NCBI RefSeq assembly: GCF_001194135.2
Contig: NC_068992.1
Span: forward strand, 3,727,005-3,774,583
Direction: 5' to 3'
Length of the DNA stretch: 47,579 nt
From: Octopus bimaculoides
Lineage: Eukaryota
Part shown: piece after piece, positions 23,177-34,970 of the stretch
Numbering within the stretch: position 1 is the first letter of the stretch
Layout: each line of letters begins with the position of its first letter
Program-made: the position numbers and the translations under genes
The notes under the pieces: model-generated
What the model saw: only the letters and a program-made list of their open reading frames with translations
What the model was told of the DNA's origin: nothing
Database searches by the model: none

Positions 23177-23378
23177 GAAGCTAGCAGAATCGTTTGCACG
23201 CTAGAGAAGATAAAATAGCGGCATTTCAGCGGCCTTTATGTTCCGAATAGAAATTCAACCGAGGTCGACTTTTGCGGTTCGGGATTCTATACAATAAGTA
23301 CCAGCTGAACATTGAGGTCGATGCAATGGAAAAGACCTCGCTCACCAAATTTTAGGACTTGTGCTTATAGTAGAAAGC
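23177..23378 (+). mobile_element. Degenerate SINE type A
   Basis: gctagcagaatcgtt head, ccgaggtcgactttt, aataagtaccagctg...ggtcgatgcaat, and tail cttgtgcttatagtagaaag. Confidence 0.75.
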
Positions 23379-23726
23379 AATATGGATAGTCGACTTAACT
23401 GCAAGTACAATATGCAGATTATCATTTGGCATAAATGATCAATTTTACATTAACGTTCATTAACAGGCAATAGTCATACACATGGTTTATTCGACTTCCA
23501 TCATTGATTGATTAATTCATTCGTTCATTCATTCGTTCATTCATTCGTTCATTCATTCATTCATGTAAGCATGCAGGAATGAATGGTAAGTAGGCACCAT
23601 TGACAAATACTTTATTTGTTTTGTTTTTGTTTTTCACTTCGCACAAACGACAAAACTGACTCCAGCAGGGTTGGACCTCAGAGCATGAAGAGCTGGGACA
23701 AATACCACGAAACATATTTTAGCTGT

Positions 23727-23893
23727 TATAGTTCTATATTTAAGAGATGAGGAATTATGTACATTATTTACATTATTTACATTTGACAGATATTTATCCT
23801 CATCAGCGTTTCGGCTGATATGCCCTCCAGCCTTCTTCAGTTGTCTTGGGGAAATTTCGAACCTGGGTTCTCATTCCTAAGGTATTTTTCGAC

Positions 23894-23960
<67 letters not shown>

Positions 23961-24090
23961 GCATTATTATTATTATTTTCTTCTTTCTTCACATTTTCTT
24001 CCATTTCTCGCCGAGTGTTTTCACTACACCTAGGGCAGAGGTGCTCATTGTATGTATTCCCAGTTTACACACGCAAATTCACAAGTAAAA
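23727..24090 (-). mobile_element. Probable Penelope-like terminal repeat with a hammerhead-ribozyme core and internal (TTA)n
   Basis: The minus strand at 23840-23807 reads CTGAAGA-A-GGCTG-gagggcatat-CAGCC-GAAACG, an intact 5-bp stem II between the two conserved core words. Homologous to 13181-13260. The PLE assignment rests on the known PLE-hammerhead association. Confidence 0.6.
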
Positions 24091-24663
24091 TATATATTTT
24101 AAAAAAANNNNNNNNNNNNNNNNNNNNNNNNNNNNNNNNNNNNNNNNNNNNNNNNNNNNNNNNNNNNNNNNNNNNNNNNNNNNNNNNNNNNNNNNNNNNN
24201 NNNNNNNNNNNNNNNNNNNNNNNNNNNNNNNNNNNNNNNNNNNNNNNNNNNNNNNNNNNNNNNNNNNNNNNNNNNNNNNNNNNNNNNNNNNNNNNNNNNN
24301 NNNNNNNNNNNNNNNNNNNNNNNNNNNNNNNNNNNNNNNNNNNNNNNNNNNNNNNNNNNNNNNNNNNNNNNNNNNNNNNNNNNNNNNNNNNNNNNNNNNN
24401 NNNNNNNNNNNNNNNNNNNNNNNNNNNNNNNNNNNNNNNNNNNNNNNNNNNNNNNNNNNNNNNNNNNNNNNNNNNNNNNNNNNNNNNNNNNNNNNNNNNN
24501 NNNNNNNNNNNNNNNNNNNNNNNNNNNNNNNNNNNNNNNNNNNNNNNNNNNNNNNNNNNNNNNNNNNNNNNNNNNNNNNNNNNNNNNNNNNNNNNNNGTG
24601 CATTGCAGATGAACGAAACTCTTAGATCTTGGGGAGCCACACTGTAAGTTTTGCTATTTAGTA

Positions 24664-24704
<41 letters not shown>

Positions 24705-24707
24705 TAA

Positions 24708-24738
<31 letters not shown>

Positions 24739-26229
24739 GAGAAAGCGGGAAACATATAGGTATGTGTGTATGCATGAATATATGTGTTTGTATGTGTGCG
24801 TATGTGTGTAAGTATGTATGTGTATTATATTCACAGATCCACTTGCACACGCATGCGTACATAAAAGCTTGCATCGGAATGAACTAAATATAACGTTGGC
24901 TTACGCAATATTTCTCGCACGCACTAGCGTTTTCTTTCACACCCAAAGAATGTATTGCTAAGATATGCCACCAGTTTTTATTGTCATCCCTGTTCTTATA
25001 ACAAAGCTTCACAACATGAGAGGTGTGTGACTGACACGCCAACTAACTCATAACGAGATCTCATTCAGCAAAATACATTTATGTACATACATAAACACAC
25101 ACATACACACACACACACACACAAGCGAATACGCATATATAACATGAAATATTACTGCTTGTATAATGAAAAGGAAGTGAAAAGAAAAGGGTGTGTGAAC
25201 TGAATATAAACTTGCAATGTCATCGTAGTTATATTAAACAAGTATTTTAAATGTTTTCTTTTGCAACCGACTTCTTTGAAACAAACTGTTACACGATTTA
25301 TAAACCCATTTAATATGGCTGTCATACAGTAGCTATCAATTGGAAAGCGAAACATTACATAGAAAGAACGAGACGTAGACAGACACCGAGGCACGCCCAT
25401 GAAGGCCTATAAGAGACACAAAGAAGCACGTGGGGACGAAGACTCGCACACACAGACACACTAATATATTTAGACACGCATACATACATATATCGTTTGC
25501 TCGCACATACACAAACACAAACACATACACATAGAGGTGCATACACACATAGAGGCACGCACACACAGATGCACGTACACACACTCACACACACACACAC
25601 ATACACACACGTACACAGACATATACTCACACACACGCGTGTACTAGCTTTCACATCTGCTGAACGTTGGTTCTGATCGAGTCATCTGGAAAAAATGGTT
25701 TCTGAATGTTTATTCAGTCTTGTATGAATAGCAGCCAAATTTCCCTCAACCACATCTTCTTCCTACCATCTTGTGGAAATGACATGTTGTGGTCATTTCC
25801 TGATATGGCTCTGGGGTAAGGAAGTTACCCCTGTAAACATCGAAAAGCCGACTGGTATGCTTCTTAATAAGAGATCTGGGTTTTCCTTTAAGGGTTTTCC
25901 CCAGGCGAAATAACATGCGTCAGTGTATTTATAAACACATTGACACACGTACATAACCACGGTCTGGTTCTGGTTCTGGTGTAAACATTGTATAACAACA
26001 AATAAATTTAAACGCAGGTAAAGTGGAAGAAAGTGAAAAAGAGAAGATTATACAATCATTAAATAAAAAAGTTTATTGACAATATGCTGAATGTTGTAAA
26101 CGATAGATCGTCGGAATCAGCCAGTTACGTTAGCAGTCATCAACATTTTGTGCATCTCGGAGCGGTTTCAAGCAAGAAAATAATTCCATGGACCAGAGAA
26201 TTTTCACCATGTGGTACTAGTAATCCCTA

Positions 26230-26875
26230 CACGTTTTCTCTCTCTCCGTAGTTTTCTTTTGGCTTTCTCTCCATTTTTCCCATCTCAGTCCTTTCTTTCG
26301 AAGAGCGTCAAACTAATACACCTGCTTGTTGTTCCCTCATCTGTCTTCGTCTTTTGTTTTCTGAAAATTTGAATTATATATATATATATATATATNNNNN
26401 NNNNNNNNNNNNNNNNNNNNNNNNNNNNNNNNNNNNNNNNNNNNNNNNNNNNNNNNNNNNNNNNNNNNNNNNNNNNNNNNNNNNNNNNNNNNNNNNNNNN
26501 NNNNNNNNNNNNNNNNNNNNNNNNNNNNNNNNNNNNNNNNNNNNNNNNNNNNNNNNNNNNNNNNNNNNNNNNNNNNNNNNNNNNNNNNNNNNNNNNNNNN
26601 NNNNNNNNNNNNNNNNNNNNNNNNNNNNNNNNNNNNNNNNNNNNNNNNNNNNNNNNNNNNNNNNNNNNNNNNNNNNNNNNNNNNNNNATATATAAGCATA
26701 TATTAGTACAGGACGTCACAAACAGTAAACAACATGAAATACGAAAACAAATGAGTTCAGTACACAAACAACGAGAGAAACAAATGGAAAACAGGACAAG
26801 TAACACAAAGAACGACCCTTCATCAGTTGTCGGTTGTCTATCTACTCCTCATTTCGAGTATTGAACGACAAGAGA
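26230..26875. mobile_element. Probable Penelope-like terminal-repeat fragments flanking an N-gap
   Basis: ttcgaagagcgt...aaactaatacac...gtcttcgtcttttg on the left. On the right, the minus strand carries cgaaa and ctgatgaaggg words (about 26815-26850). The family call comes from recalled similarity only. Confidence 0.35.
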
Positions 26876-26912
26876 GAGAGAGAAGGGGTAAGAAAATTAT
26901 AGATAGATAGAC

Positions 26913-26950
<38 letters not shown>

Positions 26951-28390
26951 ACTTGTATATCAATGTATCTATTTATCTGAGTAAGAAGTAACTTGAGGGA
27001 TATAACTCCCATTCAGGAGCGATAGACATCATTATTTCGTCATTTTTGTGACTTGTTAATACTGCGTAGCCGAACGAGGCCCAATGCAAGATAAATCGCT
27101 GTCTATGACGATATGCACAATGGTGTAAGAGCCATCTACTGGTGCGTCCCAACGTTTCATACCACGGAAAATATTCAAATATGTAAGCAGCACGAGGGGT
27201 ATTGATAATATCAAACATACATACACAAGGCATGTGTTTTGCTAGTTCATGTGTAGGCTACGCTTATAGGCGTGAGAAAATATATTCTTAACGTGAACCT
27301 GGTGTTAAAAAACACCTGGAAGTCACAGACAAACGAGATAACTCGCATCAAGTCTCATTGAAGAGCGATAGACATTGCTGTTTCGTCATTTTTGTGACTT
27401 GTCAATACCGTGTATCTGAACGAGGCCCGATGCACTTATCAAAAGAGTTTGATAAGAACCAGCGCATGAAACTTTCGGCCCTTGAGTCACTCTAACGTCT
27501 GCAGATTATTAATGAAAAGCATATATACTTATGTTTTGAGTTCTATTTTTTTCTGTTTACATCATCTGTGTGGGTGTGTGTATGTGGTCCTACTAAAGTA
27601 CACTTTATATTCAGGTTTATCGTAGCAAAAGGTCGTTCAATACAAAAAAAAAAAGGACCCAAAAGAAAAAGCGTGAGAAATGGGATTCATTTTTGAAAGT
27701 TCAATACAAAACACATATACATTCTTTTGTAGCGTTGATAAAACTGAATTGATGGCCAGCCTACGCTGTGTTAAAAACAGATTTCCGTCACTTGAAGAAC
27801 AAGAATTCATCAACAATTTACATTCTTCGGACTATGTGTGAAATAAGTAAATATTTTCTTTTACGATGACATTTCAATAAAGTAAGAGAGAGAAGAAAGA
27901 GAGACACAAGAGGAATAGACAGGTAGATAGATAAATAGAGAGAGATAGATACTTTATTGGGGAAAATAAAGTGCATAGAGGACGTACGTATACGTGAGTT
28001 TCTCAAGGCTTAGACTTGAGAAAGCAAACAAAATGAACAATAACAACAACAATAACCATTATTACTAATGAATCATCCTTAGATTTTATGAATGTCGTGG
28101 GCTGATGATAATACAATGAAACAACAATTCCAGCCCTTTCTATTTTTAATTATTTGAATTCTTCCAATAATAAGAAACTAGTTTCTAACAAAGTAAGAAC
28201 AAATGTTGGAATTTGGATAATAGCGACGGCGGGGATGGGGTGGTGGTTACATGTTGAACTTTAGAAAAGGTTTGTAGATTCCCTTCGTTCCGTTTTATTA
28301 ACTGTATTTTGCGAAGAGTATTTTAGCTGCTCACTTTGTCTCGCCGAAAGACGACGTCAGCTGACAGAGATTGCCTCTGTAGTATGTATG

Positions 28391-28423
<33 letters not shown>

Positions 28424-28424
28424 T

Positions 28425-28560
28425 GGAGGTCTGAAAAGACATGTTAAGGGAGTGCATATGTTGGCACCTGTTTCTCCTGCCAGCCAGCACAGTTGTCTAG
28501 TATGGGATAAAATGTGTAAAAGCTTGGCTGGGCTTAAAAGCCATATATGGGCATCACATG
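28425..28560 (+). mobile_element. Degenerate C2H2-like zinc-finger tail, probably from the 3' end of an RTE-type LINE ORF
   Basis: GGLKRHVKGVH-x12-CLVWDKMCKSLAGLKSHIWASH fits CxxCxxxCxSxAGLxSH, typical of RTE C-termini. There is no TGEKP linker and it is embedded in (TATG)n repeats. Confidence 0.55.
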
Positions 28561-30177
28561 GAAACAATCAGGAATCATTTCCGTTATTCTTCCTGGCAAT
28601 GGCTTTTCTAGTGTAACGAGGATACGGCTGTATGTATGTATGTGTGTATGCATGTATGTATGTGTGTATGTATGTATGTATGTATGTATGTATGTATGTA
28701 TGCATGTATGTATGTATGTCATCATTCAGTTTTATTTCAAGAGTTCTTGCCAATAAAGAACTGGTTTCTAACCTAGAACCATGGAATTTCAACATCAACA
28801 GGGTATTTACGTATGTATGTATGTATGTACGCACCTATGTATGTATGCATGCATGTATGTATGTGTAAGTATACCCTCTAGAACACATCAGCTTCTTAAT
28901 TTGATCTTCAAAATAATCCTTTCTGAGCAGTCATTTTTCGTTGTTCTGACAAGTGGAGTTATGCTTTTGTTTGCACGAGATCTTTATAACTATTTTCATG
29001 TGATAACAGTAGTGAATCTCACATTGATCTTGACTGAAAAGAAGTTTCTTGAATGAATGATATCAAAAGAATAACCAAGCATTTAACAACGTTGATAATT
29101 GTAGCAATAACGCAGGAGACAGCGTTTATCGTTAATTGAATAAAAAGCGTCACCCACCTTTGTGCACTTCATGCCAGATCTCTATATATCTTTATGTCGA
29201 ATTTATACGCTAGTTTGAAGGTACTATAAATTAACAGACAGCCGGTTGTTAGTGGCATCAATGCATTTATAAATTAGTTATACAGGAATGGCTATAAAAA
29301 TATAGATGTCAGTTTTCTTATGGTTGTTTCTTTTATGTGTCCAAAGATCACGAGAAAGAGCCTCATGCCTTGAAGTGGCTGTGTCAACCGATGCTTGACG
29401 TTTCAGAGCTTTTCTTACCGTCTGCGCTTAGTAGTTTTGAAGTGAAAGACAGTCCATGCATTCCAGAGGGCTGTTAAGCCATAACGAGGTGAAGTGGTGA
29501 ACGCAGGAGAAACGAACTCTGAGAAGAGACAGGTAAAAGCATGTCTTGTCTTTGGGAAGGATGTGGAAGAAAGAAAGTTAGATAGCCGTTGGTCACGTAT
29601 GAGCAACGAGAGAGTCATGGAGGAAGAGTGAGAGAGAGGGAAAAACGGAACGATGAAGGGGAGAGGAGAAGAATAGGGAAAGGGTGGGGGAGGAAACCAG
29701 AATGGAAGAAGAACAAGAGAGGGAGATAGATAGAAAGAATAGAGATAGAAGAAGAGTGCGCATCGGAATTATTAAGATAAAACTTACTTGGAAATGGATG
29801 CGTGGCATACATGCATAGGTTGTGCGCGCGCGTGTGTGCGCGTGCGTGTGTGCGCGTGCGTGTGTGTGTGTGTGCGCGTACGTGCGTGCGTGTCTGTGTG
29901 GTTGTGCGATGAGGACTCAGTAGATGTATAAAGTGAATTATCTGCTCCATTATTAACATACAAGTGGCTGAGTATTCCGTGGACACACACACACACACAC
30001 ACACACACAGATATATGTTTGCATGTGTGTGTGAGTATGAATGTGTGTGAATGTGTATGTGTGTGTGTGTGTGTGTGTGTATGTGTGTGTGAGAGTGAGT
30101 GTGTGTGTGAAACGACGTGTATAACATTTATTATGTGCATCCAAAGGTCGAACGCCGCTATCTGTAATATATATATG

Positions 30178-30223
<46 letters not shown>

Positions 30224-30746
30224 NNNNNNNNNNNNNNNNNNNNNNNNNNNNNNNNNNNNNNNNNNNNNNNNNNNNNNNNNNNNNNNNNNNNNNNNNNNNN
30301 NNNNNNNNNNNNNNNNNNNNNNNNNNNNNNNNNNNNNNNNNNNNNNNNNNNNNNNNNNNNNNNNNNNNNNNNNNNNNNNNNNNNNNNNNNNNNNNNNNNN
30401 NNNNNNNNNNNNNNNNNNNNNNNNNNNNNNNNNNNNNNNNNNNNNNNNNNNNNNNNNNNNNNNNNNNNNNNNNNNNNNNNNNNNNNNNNNNNNNNNNNNN
30501 NNNNNNNNNNNNNNNNNNNNNNNNNNNNNNNNNNNNNNNNNNNNNNNNNNNNNNNNNNNNNNNNNNNNNNNNNNNNNNNNNNNNNNNNNNNNNNNNNNNN
30601 NNNNNNNNNNNNNNNNNNNNNNNNNNNNNNNNNNNNNNNNNNNNNNNNNNNNNNNNNNNNNNNNNNNNNNNNNNNNNNNNNNNNNNNNNNNNNNNNNNNN
30701 NNNNNNNNNNNNNNNNNNNNNNNNNNNNNNNNNNNNNNNNNNNNNN

Positions 30747-30807
<61 letters not shown>

Positions 30808-31045
30808 AGCGCAGACACATAAATACACGCACACACACACACATATATGTATCTTGTATTCTTCACGAACATTATTATTATTTTTATTTGAATATTATTC
30901 TGTTGTTTCTAAGGATGTCCCATTAGTTTCTGCTCTGTCTCGGACACACTCCTCTCTTTCTTCTCTCTCCCCTCTCTCTCTGCGTCCGTCCGTCTGTGTC
31001 AGTCTGTCCCTCCCTCGCTCTTTATAGAAAAACATGCATCTATAC

Positions 31046-31103
<58 letters not shown>

Positions 31104-31329
31104 GCGCCTGAAATGGATTCACATGTGTATTTTGCTTGTTTATGAGAGGCCTTAAAAGTTCAGTTCACACCTGCTGATGATTAAGCATAATTATGTAGAG
31201 GGTTCACTCTGGATTATTACCTGTTGTAGCACGAGACGAACACCGGTAAGTTGCCTAGCAACGAATGAGTCACAAAGGCTAGAAGCAGTTTGCATGCGAT
31301 GCGTATCAGTGCATGTGTACATATGGGTC

Positions 31330-31377
<48 letters not shown>

Positions 31378-31387
31378 NNNNNNNNNN

Positions 31388-31433
<46 letters not shown>

Positions 31434-31614
31434 TTCCCTGGCTGTGTGAAGAAAACACGAGTTTGTACACATTTGACGGATACTTGTGAGTAATATGGTG
31501 TTTCTTTTGACTGCGCATGTCTATAGATATGAAAGTATGAATGGGTGCATATGTTTAAGGCTTGTTCGTTATAATTGCATGCAGATGAATGATGGATTTC
31601 TCTCTATCGTTCTG

Positions 31615-31662
<48 letters not shown>

Positions 31663-31895
31663 ATTCTCTCTCTCTCTCTCTATGCATCTCGCTCTATCTC
31701 TCGCTCTTATCTCTCACTCCTATCTCTCACTCCTATCTCTCACTATTATATATAGTCTATATATACATACATGTGTGTGTGTGTGAGAGAGATTTCTAGT
31801 GCTGTTTTTCTCACAGACGGTGCCCAACTAACCCTACTATACTGTGTAGTCGAAAAAACAAAAAAATGTGCATGCGCGAAATAACAAATATAAAA

Positions 31896-32062
31896 TTGAC
31901 TGCGCCCATGCTGGCGCACCGCTTTTAGTCGAACAAATCGAACCCAAAACTTATTCTATCGGGCCCCTTGGCCGAACCGGTAAGTTACAGGTACGTAAAC
32001 ACACCAACATTGGTGGTCAAGCGATGGTAGTGGTCGTGGTAGTGGGGGACATACACAGGCGC

Positions 32063-32098
<36 letters not shown>

Positions 32099-32258
32099 GA
32101 CGGGGTTCTTTCAGTTTCTGTCAACCAAATCCACTCACGAGGCTTTGGTCGGCCCGAGGCTATAGTAGAAGAGACATGCCCAAGGTGCCACGCAGTGGGA
32201 CTGAATCCGGAACCATGTGGTTGGGAAGCAGGCTTCTTACCACACAGCCACGCCTGCA
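31896..32258 (-). mobile_element. SINE type B, near full length
   Basis: The reverse complement begins gcaggcgtggctgtgtggtaagaagcc (A box), ccggattcagtccc (B box), gcaccttgggcatgtctc (CORE-like), followed by an internal (TA)n and a 3' half ending ccagcatgggcgcagtcaa. Confidence 0.9.
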
Positions 32259-32265
32259 CCTTTAC

Positions 32266-32341
<76 letters not shown>

Positions 32342-32606
32342 GCATGCATGTGTGTGTGTGTGCTTATATTCGTGTTCTTCTGTCTGTGGGACACTCAGCC
32401 ACTTATTACGGTAGATTCTAATGAATACAATTTTCAGCTCATTGAACAGCCTGTACATTGTCGTAGCTGACCATCAGTCCGTTGACCATATGTGTACGTA
32501 TGCATGCATGTATGTATATATGTATGCATGTATGTTTGTATATATGCATGTATGTTTGGATTGACTATATATATATATGTGCGTGTGAGTGTGTGTGTGT
32601 GTGTGT

Positions 32607-32810
32607 ATGTTTGTGTGTCCCCAACATCGCTTGACAACCGATGTTGGTGTGTTTATGGTCCGCGTATCCTAGCGGTTCGGCAAAATAGACCGATAAAAAA
32701 AGGACAAGGCTTACAAAGAATAAGTCCTGTGGGCGATTTGCTCGACTAAAGGCGGTGCTGCAGCATGGCCGCAATCAAAATGACTGAAACAAGTAAAAGA
32801 ATAAAAGAAT
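32607..32810 (+). mobile_element. SINE type B, 3' half
   Basis: catcgcttgacaaccgatgttggtgtgttta...gcggttcggcaaaa...gaataagtcc...gactaaaggcggtgctgcagcatggccgca...aaacaagtaaaagaataaaaga. Confidence 0.9.
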
Positions 32811-32820
32811 ATATATACAC

Positions 32821-32858
<38 letters not shown>

Positions 32859-33671
32859 NNNNNNNNNNNNNNNNNNNNNNNNNNNNNNNNNNNNNNNNNN
32901 NNNNNNNNNNNNNNNNNNNNNNNNNNNNNNNNNNNNNNNNNNNNNNNNNNNNNNNNNNNNNNNNNNNNNNNNNNNNNNNNNNNNNNNNNNNNNNNNNNNN
33001 NNNNNNNNNNNNNNNNNNNNNNNNNNNNNNNNNNNNNNNNNNNNNNNNNNNNNNNNNNNNNNNNNNNNNNNNNNNNNNNNNNNNNNNNNNNNNNNNNNNN
33101 NNNNNNNNNNNNNNNNNNNNNNNNNNNNNNNNNNNNNNNNNNNNNNNNNNNNNNNNNNNNNNNNNNNNNNNNNNNNNNNNNNNNNNNNNNNNNNNNNNNN
33201 NNNNNNNNNNNNNNNNNNNNNNNNNNNNNNNNNNNNNNNNNNNNNNNNNNNNNNNNNNNNNNNNNNNNNNNNNNNNNNNNNNNNNNNNNNNNNNNNNNNN
33301 NNNNNNNNNNNNNNNNNNNNNNNNNNNNNNNNNNNNNNNNNNNNNNNNNNNNNNNNNNNNNNNNNNNNNNNNNNNNNNNNNNNNNNNNNNNNNNNNNNNN
33401 NNNNNNNNNNNNNNNNNNNNNNNNNNNNNNNNNNNNNNNNNNNNNNNNNNNNNNNNNNNNNNNNNNNNNNNNNNNNNNNNNNNNNNNNNNNNNNNNNNNN
33501 NNNNGGTGAGGTCGATGAAAAGGGCGCGAGGGGCTACAAGGGAAACAAGCAATGGGTGGAAGAAAGAGAAGGGACACATCGGCTAAAAGGTTGTGTGTGT
33601 GTGTGTGTATGTGTGTCTATGTGTGTGTGAGCGTTTGTTTGCATACACACACATAAACAGACAGACACACA

Positions 33672-33713
<42 letters not shown>

Positions 33714-33808
33714 AGCATACGCGTATACATACATACATACATGCATACATACATACATATATGCATGCATACATATATACGTATAGACACATACACACAT
33801 ATACACAC

Positions 33809-34149
33809 TTATTCTTTTACTTGTTTCAGCCATTTGACTGCGACCATGCTGGAATACCGCCTTTACTCGATCAAATCGACCCCAGAACTTATTCTTTGTA
33901 AGCCTGGTACTTATACTATCGGGCCCTTTTGCTGAACGGTTAAGTTACAGGGTCGTAAACACACCAACATCGGTGTCAAGTGATGGTGGTCGGGGACAAA
34001 CACAGACACATAAATACACACACACACGCACACAGACACACGCACATGCACATGTATATATGTGACGGGTTTCACTCAGTTTCCACCTACGAAATCCACT
34101 CACAAGGTTTCGGTTGACACGGGGCTATAGTAGAAGACACATGTCCAAG
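33809..34149 (-). mobile_element. SINE type B, head truncated
   Basis: cttttacttgtttcagccatttgactgcgaccatgctgg ... internal (CA)n ... gctatagtagaagacacatgtccaag. Confidence 0.9.
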
Positions 34150-34970
34150 ATAAGTAAGTACCAGCGGAGGGAGGGAGGGAGGTATCGTGATGAGAAGAAG
34201 CGTGTGATAGCGGTGGCGGCGGTGGTGGTGGAGGTGGAGGTGGGGGAAGTGGTAGTTGTAATGGTAGGAAGAGGAGGAATTATTGGTAGGGAATTTGGTG
34301 GGGAATTTGGTGGTATTGGGAGAGAAGTGGTAGAGGAGGGAGGAAGGTGTGATGCTGGTTGCTGTGGGTAGTAGTGACAGAAAAAAGAGAAGGAACTTTG
34401 ATAGTGAGAGGGGGTAAGGGTGCTGGCTGAAGATTGGAAAAGGGAGGGGGTGTGATGGAGAGACACACAGACAAGCATAAGTGACAATTAATCTTCGTTT
34501 ACCTGGAAAAAAAAACGAGGTGAGGAGGGAATATGAAAGAATATTAATTGGTTGTGCGGTTGTTCTGTTTTTGGTGTGTGTGGGGGAGTGTTTGCGCGTG
34601 TACATAATATATAATATATATATGTATTATATATATATATATATATATGATTTAAGTTATAGAACGAAGTTCGACAAATTCAATTATATTTTTTAATAAA
34701 TGGAGGAGATTAGATGTTGACATGGGATAAAATATTTATTCAATTCGGTAGACAATTATTTCGCACAGAAAGACAATAAATTCATTTTAAGAATCTGATT
34801 TGTCAAAGAGAACTCATTAGTAGCGCAATAAGAAAAATTAAAAACTTAATACAGAAAAAGAGGACTTTGGAATTGTGTTGGTATTGCGTTCTTACGAAAT
34901 TTTTCTTTTGGAAACTACTCAGATTAAAGTACGAATCTACTTTCAAGCCTTTTAAAAAAGTATATATTGT

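Noticed and set aside
28425-28560. Member of the expanded cephalopod C2H2 zinc-finger gene family
   Set aside because: There is no TGEKP linker, the second Cys is replaced by Trp, and the CxSxAGLxSH pattern fits retroelement tails better.
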